Assembly (NCBI RefSeq): GCF_009834535.1
Contig: NC_045717.1
Coordinates: forward strand, 23,126,001 to 23,190,000
Reading direction: 5' to 3'
DNA: 64,000 nucleotides
From: Camelus ferus
Taxonomy: Eukaryota
This document shows, one piece after another, positions 8,801 to 23,530 of the stretch. The first letter of the stretch is position 1; each line of letters opens with the position of its first letter. Below the pieces are notes generated by a model. The model did not search any database. It was not told the DNA's origin and saw only the letters and a program-made list of their open reading frames with translations. The translations under genes and the position numbers were made by a program.

Positions 8801-11291
8801 CAATAAAAACAGACGTGGGTGCATCGTGGCCAGATTCTACTGCTGGAGAAGGGCCCTGAGTTCAAGAGAGGTGTTGGGGCATCAGTGTCCCATGAGACCT
8901 TCTCCTTGAGGGACTCTGGGCAGAGAGGGACTGGAGGAGGGTGATCTCATGGTTTGTGCCACATGCATGTGTCCCCAGGTGCAGGGTCAGGTCATCCCTC
9001 ACATCACCTTAGTTGTGTCTGTGGTTCTTCTCTGGGGAAGGTGCTGGGAGGCACTGGGAAAGAAACCCAGCTCCTGGAGGAGGGCCCGTTGTCAGCCCCC
9101 ACTGTACCCCGTCCTGCCCACAGGAGAAACAAAGTCCTGAACCACTTCAGCATCATGCAGCAGCGGCGGCTCAAGGACCAGGACCAGGATGAGGAGGATG
9201 AGGAGAAGGAGAAGCGTGGCCGCAAGAAGGCCAGCGAGCTGCGCATCCATGACCTGGAGGACGATCTGGAGATGTCATCTGACGACAGCGAGGCCAGCGG
9301 CGAGGAGGGTGAGGCTGGGTGGAGTCCCCAGGTGGCAGGGTGGCCAGCACAGCTGCCTGATGAGTGCCCACTTGTAATTTATCCAGGAGGCTGTGCAATG
9401 GCACAGAGGTGGATGCCACTAAAAGGAAAGCTTGGTTACTCCCAGTTCCCTGGACACCAGAGCTCAGGTGCTTAGGGGGCCCCCAGAATTGGCAGGAGGC
9501 AGCAGGAAGCCCCAGGAAGGCCTTGGCCACAGCCTCAGTTGGGGTTTCCATGGGAACATCTTAGGACCCGCCAGTTGGAGTATTCCAGCAGGCTCTGGGC
9601 CAACGGATGGTCTCAAGTTGTGAGGTGCCTGGCCCAGGTAATTTAGGGCAGCAGTGGTGGCCCTGCATGTGAGTTAGAGAAAGGGGGTGGGAGGTGTGGA
9701 GTTGGGATTGCTCAGTTAGTTTGCATGTGAGAGGCCCACCCCTTTGACTCCTGGAGGAATTGGCTGGTCCTGGCATCTCTCCCGGGTCAGCAAGACCCGG
9801 AGATGTCCAGATGTCATCGAATACAACAATGGGATGCATGCCCACCTGAGCCCCTCTGCCTTCTCCGCCTTTCCCCAGGCAGCCGAGCCCCCAAGGCCAA
9901 GAGGAAGGCGCCGCCCGGCAAGGGGGGCAGGAAGAAGAAGAAGAAGAAGGGGTCAGATGACGAGGCCTTCGAGGACAGCGACGACGGGGACTTTGAGGGC
10001 CAGGAGGTAGACTACATGTCTGACGGCTCCAGGTGAGGCAGGTGGGAGGCGGGTGTGAGACCCTGGGCCGGCGGCGGACGCGCTCACTCACCCTCTGCCC
10101 ACTCTCTGTCTTACAGCAGCTCCCAGGATGAGCTGGAGGGCAAGCCCAAGGTCACCCAGCAGGAGGAGGGCCCCAAGGGCGTGGATGAGCAGAGCGAGAG
10201 CAGCGAGGAGAGCGAGGAGGAGAAGCCACCCGAGGAGGAAAAGGAGGAGGAGGAGGAGAAGAAGGCGCCCACGCCGCAGGAGAAGAAGAGGAGGAAAGGT
10301 GGGCTGGCCCTCTGGGCCGCTGATCTGGGACAGGCTGAGGGCGGGCACGGGGGTCTCTGGTCCTGACGCCCCTCTCTGCCCCGTGCAGACAGCAGCGATG
10401 AGTCAGACAGCTCGGAGGAGAGCGACATCGACAGCGAGGCCTCCTCTGCCCTCTTCATGGCGGTGAGGCCCTGCCCGGGCGGGTGGGGCGGGGCGGGGCG
10501 GGGGCGGATGGAGTACCTCCTGCCCGACTCACATCCCCCACTGCGATCTCCGCAGAAGAAAAAGACGCCCCCGAAGAGGGAGCGGAAGCCGTCGGGAGGC
10601 AGCTCCCGGGGCAACAGCCGGCCGGGCACCCCCAGCACGGAGGGCGGCAGCACCTCCTCCACCCTGCGGGCCGCCGCCAGCAAGCTGGAGCAGGGTGAGT
10701 GGTCCCCAGCCCGTCCCACCCGCCTTGACCCGGTCCTCGTCCTCCACTCAGCGTCCTGCCTGCCCCCGGGCCCACGCGCAAGTAATCCCGGCACAGCTGG
10801 CGGCCTGGGGTCCTCCCTGGGGTCCGGTGTCCGGGCCCAAGGCTCAGCCCCGCCTCTACTCCCACAGGGAAGCGGACCAGCGAGACGCCGGCGGCCAAGA
10901 GGCTGCGGCTGGACCCCGGGCCCCAGAGCCTGTCGGGCAAGTCCACCCCTCAGCCCCAGTCTGGGAAGTCGACCCCCAGCAGCGGGTAAGTTGGTGAGGA
11001 CGGTGGGGGTGGGTGATGCGGGTGGGGGAGGGTGTGTGGGGTTGGGGGCCGGAGGGCACCGGCTGACACCCACCTGCGGCCTCCAGTGATGTGCAGGTGA
11101 CCGAGGACGCTGTGCGCCGCTACCTGACGCGGAAGCCCATGACCACCAAGGACCTGCTGAAAAAGTTCCAGACCAAGAAGACGGGGCTCAGCAGCGACCA
11201 GACGGTGAACGTGCTGGCCCAGATCCTCAAGCGCCTGAACCCCGAGCGCAAGATGATCAACGACAAGATGCACTTCTCCCTCAAGGAATGA
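2645..11291 (+). CDS. GTF2F1: General transcription factor IIF subunit 1 (RAP74), 517 aa, 12 coding exons: 2645-2656, 2737-2783, 3287-3359, 4625-4818, 5264-5434, 9124-9308, 9879-10032, 10117-10298, 10389-10462, 10556-10694, 10868-10985, 11087-11291
   Basis: The spliced CDS is 1554 nt with all introns GT-AG. Recognisable peptides include [60 protein letters not shown], the acidic/lysine-rich middle and the C-terminal winged helix [24 protein letters not shown]...HFSLKE*. Confidence 0.98.
3691..4030. mobile_element. MaLR LTR (MLT1A/C-like)
   Basis: AACAACAGAAATGTAT...TTCTGGAGGCTG...TCCAAGATCAAGG...TTAGGTTTCAACATATG..TTTTGGAGGGACA. Confidence 0.8.
4053..4137 (-). mobile_element. tRNA-derived SINE (camelid Vic-1-like)
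   Basis: Reverse complement of tRNA A box (TAGCTCAGTGG) and B box (GTTCAATCCCC) plus A-rich tail. Confidence 0.8.
6854..6986. other. Assembly gap (N run)
   Basis: Ns inside L1. Confidence 1.
7055..7172 (-). mobile_element. tRNA-derived SINE nested in L1
   Basis: A/B boxes, the tail motif CCTAATTACC-Cn, and approximate TSD GTTTTAATTT. Confidence 0.85.
7235..7600. other. Assembly gap (N run)
   Basis: Ns inside L1. Confidence 1.
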
Positions 11292-11310
11292 GGCCGGCCC
11301 CGCCCCACCC

Positions 11311-11316
11311 AATAAA
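11311..11316 (+). terminator. AATAAA poly(A) signal of GTF2F1
   Basis: Canonical hexamer 19 nt after the stop codon, followed by GU/U-rich sequence. Confidence 0.7.
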
Positions 11317-13897
11317 CGTGCTCTGTTCGCTGGATCCTCATCCTCTGGCTCCTGATTCCGCCCGCTCGCCCCCAGGCTGAGGGGCCCCTGCTGCTTTCTC
11401 CTCGGTTTACTTCTCCCTCTCTCCAGTCCCTCCTTTCTGGAACCTTTAGATGCCTCTTGGAACTTGCCCATCTGTTTGCCCCTCTGCCTTGTCCACCGAG
11501 CCTCTCCTGGGTGATTTCTTTCCGCTCTGTCTTCCACTTGGCCAGCTCTCTCTTCAGCTGTGGCTTACCCACCACTTAAACCATGAAGTACTTAGTTTAT
11601 TCTTTTTCAGACCAGCCGGTCTGTTTTCTGTCTAGCTGCTTCCGTTCTTGAACCCGTCTTTGGCATTTTTTACCTTAAGCGTCCCTGTCTTAAAGTCTCC
11701 CCCACACTCATGCAGTACCTAAGGCTCGCAGGCACCCCGTATCCTGACTCCTCCTTCCGATTGATTCTCGTGTTTTGTTATCTGGGATGGGGGACTCATG
11801 GGTGGTCTGCTTTGCAGGCAAGTCCTTCCAAATAGTTTTTGCCTGTGCTCCCCCTGGGTGCCCCCGAAGTCCTGTCCTGTCCTGAGCCCATTTTAGGTGT
11901 GGTTCTCAGCTTGTGGCTCTGTCCCTAGGTGGCCACAAAATCCCAAACCCCTCTGTGGCTGATGTTGGCTTCTAGGCCCTATTTTTCAACTTTCCAGTGA
12001 TGTTTCTGGGGTTTTCCTTAGATTCTCACTGGTTAGTTAGGCATTCATTTTATGCAGCATTGCTAGGTGTTCTGCAGCGGGGGCGGGGGGCTTTTTTGAG
12101 TTCATGGACAGTCACATTGCTAGAAGTGTAATTTGGCAGCAGGCACTACTTTTGAGCCCCCATTTGAGTGATCCGGTGGGGGGCAGGATGTTGGGCTTCT
12201 GTCTTGCCCAAGCTGGAGACTGCAGGTGGAAAACTTTCCCACCCAGTTCTACCGGCCCTTGGCTGCTGAGCGGGGATGCCTGAGATGTCAGACTAATTCC
12301 TTGGAATGTCCCAGGTCGATCCAACCTCCCTCCCCATCCTTCCGCCAGGCCTTTTGGGACAGCTGGAAAGAGTGCTTGCCCCTTGCCCTAGCAATTTCGC
12401 CCCTGTCCTGTTTACCACGTGCACTGGGGTCTAAGGCCTCCCTACTGGGTGCGCCACACAGCCCAGTGGTCCAGAGCAGGGGACTTGCATTCAGTGGGAT
12501 CCAGGGTCAAATACCGCCTGTGCTGCTTAATTCTGGGTGACTCTGGGTAAGTAACACCCCTGGGGCCCCCATCCCCACCCCGTCTGAAAGTAGTCTGTAA
12601 GCAGTAAAGTATGAACCACACCAAAATCGTTGAAGCAGTCCCCAGTGGGTGTAGGTGAGGTCATTTCCAGTCTCTCGCTGATACAAAAGGCAGCAAACAT
12701 CCCTGAGCTTGCGTCTTCGCTCTCCTGGGTAGGATGAGTTCCTGAAGCAGGCTTTCTGGGTCCAAGGGATGTGATTTGCAGTTTCTGTAGCAAACATTCA
12801 CCTGCTACTGATTCGCACTCGTACCCGCAGGCATGTCTATGTCACAGACACACACACGCACACACAGCCATGTGGAAGCAAACTTGACGTCTGCCATTTC
12901 TGGGTACAGTCTACTCTGAGTTTAACCCAGTCCCACCTGTATGAGACTGAGCACTTCGCAAACCTACACAAGCTGTTCTTACCTCCTTTGCCTCAAAAGC
13001 TCTTGCAACTCCTTAGCATCAGGCCCCACGTTAAATGCTCAATGCAGCTTCTGTCCTCAGAAGCCCGTGTGGGAGGGACTCTGATTGGCCCCCTTTGACA
13101 GGTGAGGATGGAGGCTCACTTCCCGGGGGTGATGGATTAGGCCGGGGAAGTCACCGGGGCCTGCTGCTGCCTCTGGCCCAGCAGGCCTTACCCTCCCCTC
13201 CAGCTCTGATGCCCTTCAACCCCAGGATAGGGCTCGGGCCCCGGTGAGGGGCTGTTTGGCCTTCGAGCCTGGAGTCCCTGCAGGGGAGCTTCCTGCCCCT
13301 GGTGTCCCAGCTCTTGGCTGTCCCCAGGCCTCTCCCTTTTCCTGTTTTGATGCTGGCTCAGCCAGGCCCGGAGACAGGGGCCTGATGTCTTGATCCTCCA
13401 GGCGGGAGCCGTGATGGATTCCCCGTCAGCTCACCCACCTGCCAACCCGCCTCTTCCCTGCACACATAGCTGCTGCACCTGGCACACTACACACGGGCCA
13501 CTGAGGCCCAGCACCCTGCCTGAGTGCAGAGGGTCCCACCGGGGGACCCACGGAGTCCCTGGCCTCTCCCTCCAGATAGCAGGTCGAATCGGGACCCCGG
13601 TCACCTGCCCTGGGCTTGGCCCTGGCTGCCGCCACACTCGTAAATCAGGGGGCGGAGGGGGTGTCAGAGATCAGTATGTGGAATGTCTGGATGGGGTGTG
13701 TGGGGGGTGTGCACCCTTAACTCTTCGAAGGATGCCGTGTGGGACCGAAGGGGCTGGACCGCCTAGGCCTGAGGTGTGCGACATGGGGGCCTTTGTGCCT
13801 GAGCAGCAACCGGCAGTGAAGAGGTTATCTCCCCTGCTCAGGCAGGGGATAAATTGAGGGTGCAGGGCACCCCCACCCTGAGGACCTGCCCGTCACC

Positions 13898-14438
13898 ATG
13901 GCCACAGGAAGAGTCCTGCTAGGCTCTCTGCTGCTCCTGATCCTGCAGCTGGACCTTGGGGGGAACCCTGGAACCTCGGGTGCTCCGGTGGAGGATGAGG
14001 GGCTCCTGTCCCAGCCAGTGGGCGACAGAGGAACCCAGAGGCCACAGCTGGGTAAGGACCCCCAGAACCCCATGTGCCCTCCAAATCCTGCCTGGACACT
14101 GCCTGCTGTCAGCTGCCCCTTGTCCTGCAGGCACTCGCTTGCGCAGGGCCCCGGCCAGCCCGTGCCAGCTGTGGAGCCTGTCCCTGCCTGTGGCTGAGCT
14201 GGGCCTGGGCTACACGTCGGAGGAGACCGTCATCTTCCGCTACTGCGCCGGCAGCTGTCCCCACGGAGCCCGCACCCAGCACGGCTTGACGCTGGCCTGG
14301 CTGCGGGGCCAGGGCCGAGCCCACGGCGGGCCCTGCTGCCGACCCACCCGCTACGCTGACGTGGCCTTCCTGGACGACCGCCACCGCTGGCAGCGGCTGC
14401 CCCAGCTCTCAGCGGCAGCCTGTGGCTGCGGAGGCTGA
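13898..14438 (+). CDS. PSPN: Persephin (GDNF-family neurotrophic factor) precursor, 153 aa. Exons 13898-14051 and 14131-14438.
   Basis: Signal peptide MATGRVLLGSLLLLILQL, RLRR furin site, and cystine-knot mature domain CQLWSL...LGLGY...FRYCAGSC...PCCRPTRY...LPQLSAAACGCGG*. The 79-nt GT-AG intron has matching phase 1. Confidence 0.96.
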
Positions 14439-14557
14439 GCGTGCCCGGCCCGGGGCCCTGCAGCCCCTGGAGGAGCTCTGCTGACTTACTTTACTGGAGA
14501 CTTAGATGCCAAGAAAACGAAAGGGTGATGTGGGCTGGGGCCACCAACAAGGAGCTC

Positions 14558-14563
14558 AATAAA
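14558..14563 (+). terminator. AATAAA poly(A) signal of PSPN
   Basis: First canonical hexamer after the PSPN stop (about 120 nt downstream). Confidence 0.75.
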
Positions 14564-14706
14564 GGAAACTGCTCCCTCCACCTCATGCTGTGTGTTCAGC
14601 CCGGGATGCTCCCGGTGGGTAGCCAGGTGAGGTCCTGGGTTTCCCTGCAGGTCCCAGCCCCTGCACATAGCTAGTGCCAGGAAGGCCAGCTTGTCCATCC
14701 TCTAAC

Positions 14707-14712
14707 TTTATT
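14707..14712 (-). terminator. AATAAA poly(A) signal of ALKBH7
   Basis: TTTATT on + strand, 44 nt beyond the ALKBH7 stop. Confidence 0.75.
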
Positions 14713-14755
14713 CTCAAACACGGTGTCTTGAGAAGCTGGGAGAAGGGCCCAGGGG

Positions 14756-16321
14756 TCAGCAGGCTGGGGGCGGCTGCCTGGGCTCTGCTGGCCCCATCCT
14801 CTCAGGAAGGGAGCGGCAGATCACGGAGATGCGTCGGCCCCGGGGAACCCGACGCTCCCCGAAAAAGGACTCTTCATCTCGAAGGATCTCGTGGGAGAAG
14901 TCATAGCGGGCTGAGCCTCTGCAAGAGAAAATAGGCTGTGGTGGGTGGGGTGAGGGCAGTCCCTGTTTCAGGCAGACTGTGGGTAGTTTGCTGGGAGGGC
15001 TGGATGAGAAAAGGTGCTCAAAGTGCTGGGGTGGGTATGTCTCACGAGTTACCAGTGGGGTTGGGGCTCCTTGGCTGCCAGTACCTAAGGATGTAGAGGG
15101 AGCCTGGCTCCAGCAAGAGTTCCAGCCACTCCCCTGGCTCCTGGGTGTGCACCAGCCGCATGACGCTGGAAGACAGCAGAGACAGGCCGGCAATGGTGGA
15201 CCCACAGAACTGGAAGAGGGGACACGGTGGCAAGTCAGGGTTTGGCCTGGCTGGCTCACCCACAGCCAGGAGCTCTAAGGCATTGGCCCCTGCCCACCTT
15301 GATGCTGTCCACGTGTGGTTTGATGTAGCCCCGAGGTTCCAGGTCCAGCACATGCACCGGGGACAGCAGGGTCTGGCCAGGGCCAAAGGCAGCCGCCTGC
15401 ACACGCTGTAGGATGGCCCGGCTTGCTTCTGACCAGCGCGACTTCTCTGTCTCGCGGAAGCCATGGATGGCCTGCCCAGAGGGCTCAGGTCAAGCCTAGA
15501 AGCTCCCAGGGGGCCAGGGAAACTGAGGCACAGTGCGGGGGCGGGGGGGGGGAGTGAGTTGCCAAAGTGCAAAGCAAAGGGCTGTTATTTCCAGCATGAT
15601 ACTTGACCCCACCTTCAACTCACAACCTTGGTCCTATCTACCCCATGATCCTGGGTCTCAAACCCCAACCTCTGCCCTATCTAGGTCTGGCCTCAGTCCT
15701 TTGTGCCCACCATCAGGCTCTAATTCAGTCTCAGATCCCGTCCCCAATGCTGGTCTGGCTACAATATTCACAACTCGATCCCACTCAACACCAGGCCCCC
15801 AGTCTGCATCCCCAAACCGTGACCCCCCTCATCTCTTCTCCATACACGTTTCTGCCCCTAACTTTGGTCTTGTCCCTCCAAACACCCCTAATTTCCAGGT
15901 TCTGCCTCCAGTTATGGCCCTGACCTCATCTCCGAAGTGTTCTCCATGCCCCCAAGGTTCCCAAGCTTAAAGACTCCGTCCCCACCAAGGTCCCGTCCCC
16001 AGCCTTAGCCCCGCCCACCAAACACTCCACTCCCCGCCCCCCCGGGTCTCCGCCCCCGGGTCTCCGCCCCCGGGTCCCCGCCCCGTCGCAGCACCACCAC
16101 TAGCACCACGGCCTCACCGCATCCCAGTGATCATATTCGTATCGGCGGCGGCGCAGCTGGGGTTCCAGCTCACGGCTCAGCGTCTCCTCCTCGGCCGCGC
16201 TCAGGAAGCCGGGCCGCACCACGGCCGCGTCCCGCAGGCGGCTCAGCACAGCCGGGCCCGAGCCCCGTACCCAGCCCTGCCTGGGAAGCGTCCCCAGAGC
16301 CAGTCGCCCACTCCCGGCCAT
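14756..16321 (-). CDS. ALKBH7: AlkB homolog 7, mitochondrial Fe(II)/2-oxoglutarate dioxygenase, 221 aa. Exons 16321-16118, 15471-15298, 15209-15085, 14918-14756.
   Basis: The spliced CDS is 666 nt with GT-AG introns. It has an Arg-rich presequence, [21 protein letters not shown], the HxD motif (KPHVDS), distal His (DFSHEIL) and RRISVICR. Confidence 0.97.
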
Positions 16322-16600
16322 ATTCCTGGGGCCGGCTCGTGGAAGGGGCCGGAGTCAGGGCAACGCCCCCCCCCGAACTATTGGCACAGCCGGGCCCGAG
16401 TCCCTCCAGCGATTGGCTTTTCTCAGACTCCCGCCTCTCGCTCAAGACCACTGGTTGTTACTCGAATCGTTCTCTCAAGCTATTGGTCCTCCCCAGAGCC
16501 CGCCTCCTCTTCCGTGCTATTGGGCGTCTTCGACCGTAGCTTCTCAGACTATTGGCTAAGCTGCAAGTCAGTCCTTCGAGGGCGAGGGCACGCTCTGGCT
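16030..16600 (-). promoter_or_regulatory. ALKBH7 CpG island/promoter with phased CCAAT boxes
   Basis: CpG-rich. ATTGG on + strand at 16380, 16412, 16482, 16519 and 16551, plus ACTGG at 16450. Confidence 0.8.
16032..16085. repeat. 14-bp GC-rich minisatellite (CCGCCCCCGGGTCT)x~3.5 in ALKBH7 intron 1
   Basis: CGGGTC recurs at 16043, 16057 and 16071. Confidence 0.85.
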
Positions 16601-16999
16601 TGGGGTCAGAGGTCAGGGGTCATAGGATTGCGTCAAGGTTATGAAGTTGGCCTGGGCTAGAGGTTAAGGGTGTAGTAGTCAGGCTGAGATGTAGTAGGGG
16701 TTTCAGCCAGAGGTCAAAGCGAGGCACCACTCCTTTCTCCTCTTCTGGGTCACCCTCACCCGCATACAAACAGGCTGGCCGCCAGCTCAAAACACAGGGT
16801 AGAAACAAAAAATCCTTTTCCTTTAATGGTAGAATTGGCATGTCACCATTTTGCAGCCCCTATTGGAATGTCTTAGTGGGCCTAGCCCAGCACTCTGATC
16901 CGCTCCTAACGTCATGAAAAGAGAGACAGCTGGATTTCAGGGGTCTCCTGCCAGAAGGCACCTCAACTCAGAGGTCACTTGCCAAAAGGATTGTCTACA

Positions 17000-17560
17000 G
17001 TCATACACCAAGTTACTGGAAATCCCAAAGCCAAGATCCAATCATCAAAATCCAGACAATGAGAAAGTCCACAAGACAAATGACCCTGTTTCTCCAACAA
17101 GTGAGTTCCAAGGAAAGAGAAGAAAAAGAGGGAGAGATTGAGAGGTTAAGGGGAAACCAGCAGTTACCAGACACTTCGGGATCTGTCAGCCAGTGACAAG
17201 TATGCACCTTATTTGGATCCTGATTGGAACAAACTAAAAAAACACAAAATAGAGCCAACGGGGGAAATTTGGACACTGGTTGAATATTTGACCACGGTAA
17301 GTGTTGTCATTTTGCAGGGTTTGAAAATGGCACTGTGGTTGTATTTTTAGATTCCTTATCCTTTTAGAACTCCATACTGAAATATTTATAGATGAAATAA
17401 AAAGCAGGTAATGGGGCCAGAAGAGGGGAAGGGGGGTACAAATCACAATCAGTAGTGAATTGATAATTGTTGAATTGGTGTGGTGGGTTCCTGAGACCTC
17501 ATTTTCCTAGTCTCTCTGCTTTTGTATATATTTAAAATTGTGCAGACTGAAAAGTTCAGC
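17000..17560 (+). mobile_element. Old L1 (L1MC/ME-like) 3' remnant
   Basis: AAATTTGGACACTGGTTGAATATTTGA...GCACTGTGGTTGT...GAAATATTTATAGATGAAAT motifs. Confidence 0.6.
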
Positions 17561-17769
17561 CAAATGCAACCAATGAATGAAGCCAAATTTTAAAATCCTC
17601 TGAAATTAAAAAAACAAAAAAATTGACCTCCACTCTCCCTCCAGCAACAGCCACATGTGTTCTCTGCTCCCAACAACAAAATTCCTCGAAAAGACTTGTC
17701 TAGTTCCAATGTTTTCCCGCCCCTTCTCTCTGGGTCCACTCCAATCTGTCTTTTTGTGCCCACAGCACC

Positions 17770-18730
17770 AAAAGTGATCTGTTCAAGGCCACTAGTGACT
17801 TCCAGTGTGCCAAATGTCACAGCCACTTCTCAGCCTGGCCGCTAATTCAGCGACAGGCTGAAGTCTCCTACGTTTTTATTCCTAGCCCTGACCCGACTTT
17901 CCCATCCTCTGGGATGGCTGAGGCACAGCAGGTGTCAAATGTCACACGTGCAAAACCAGCTCCTCATCCCAGACCCCCATCCTGCTCCTCCCCCTACCTC
18001 TCCTGTTTCAGTTATGGGGAAATCTCATCTTTCCATCTTTCTCATGGCTTTGGGCCGACATCTTGGGAATTTTTGGAGATTATTTTCTCTCTCAAGTCTT
18101 ACATTCCACCTGTCAGCCATGCCTTTAAAGCCTGGCTAGAATCTGACCTCACCACCTGGTCAGGGCCATCAGCCTTCCTCTGGATTATTCTAAGTCTCCT
18201 CCCAGGTCTCCAGGGTTCTGGGCTTGCCACCACTCTGTGGTTCCTTTTTGTCCCTTTTCTCGAAATCCTCCATGGTGCATCTCTCTCCTTGGTAAGACCT
18301 GCCAGGCTTTTTATGATCTGTACTCCTCCCTTTTCCGCTCTCACCTCCTCCACTGCACCCCCCCCCCCCCACTCACTGACTCACTCACTCCAGCCACCCT
18401 GTGGTTCCTCCCATGTGTCAGCCACATCCTGCCACAGGGCCTTTGCACTCACTGTGTCCTCTGCCTGGACTGCTCTGCCCCCAGATAGCAAGCTGCGCCC
18501 CACCCTCCCCAACCTCCTTCAGGTCTTTGCTCAAATGTCACCTTTTCAGCAAGGCCACAGGCTACCCCATCTGAAACTGTCACACACATGTACACACTGC
18601 ATACCTCTTTCCCTGACTGTTTTTTTAAACTGTATACTCCCATAAGAAGGTAAGTTTCAGGACAGGGATTTTTATGTTTTCTTCATAATATGTTGTGGCC
18701 TCTGGAGCAGTGCCTGGAATGTCGCATATG
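17770..18730. mobile_element. L2 LINE remnant
   Basis: CCACAGGGCCTTTGCACTCACTGTGTCCTCTGCCTGGA...GCTCAAATGTCACCTT...GCAGTGCCTGGAATGT hallmark L2 sequence. Confidence 0.7.
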
Positions 18731-18856
18731 CTCAGCAGAGTTTGCTGACATTAGGACGCTGAAGGTCAATGTGACAGCAGAGGCCGGGTGGAGCACACAG
18801 GCGCAGCGGAGGAGAGGGGGGGCAGGCGCCGCAGATGGGAGCAAAGACTACAAATA

Positions 18857-18862
18857 TTTAAT
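18857..18862 (-). terminator. ATTAAA poly(A) signal of CLPP
   Basis: TTTAAT on + strand about 155 nt after the CLPP stop, in an AT-rich patch at the end of a GC-rich UTR. Confidence 0.65.
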
Positions 18863-19017
18863 TTAAAAATCACAGTGTCTCAGCCAGGATGCCCACCCGG
18901 AGGGACACCCCTCAAATCCAGAGTTCCTCAAAGGGGCCCCTCGAGGCCCAGTGGTGAGGGGCGGGAAGGGCTGGCGCCTGGCCCCTCTGCTTCCCTCTAG
19001 AGGGTGAGGACCAGCTC

Positions 19018-23530
<4,513 letters not shown>

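Noticed and set aside
10111-11073. Longest ORF in the track (320 aa, minus strand)
   Set aside because: It is the antisense shadow of GC-rich GTF2F1 exons/introns, with Pro/Gly/Arg/Ser-biased composition and no domain.
13390-13857. 155-aa ORF upstream of PSPN
   Set aside because: It has no homology I recognise and no convincing splice sites, and the region is GC-rich.
13891-13904. X-box-like GTCACCATGGCCAC over the PSPN start codon
   Set aside because: It is accounted for by the Kozak sequence ACCATGG, and both half-site ends deviate from consensus.
17914-18645. 243-aa + strand ORF between ALKBH7 and CLPP
   Set aside because: It lies within a pyrimidine-rich L2 remnant, and its hydrophobic/Ser-Pro bias follows from base composition.
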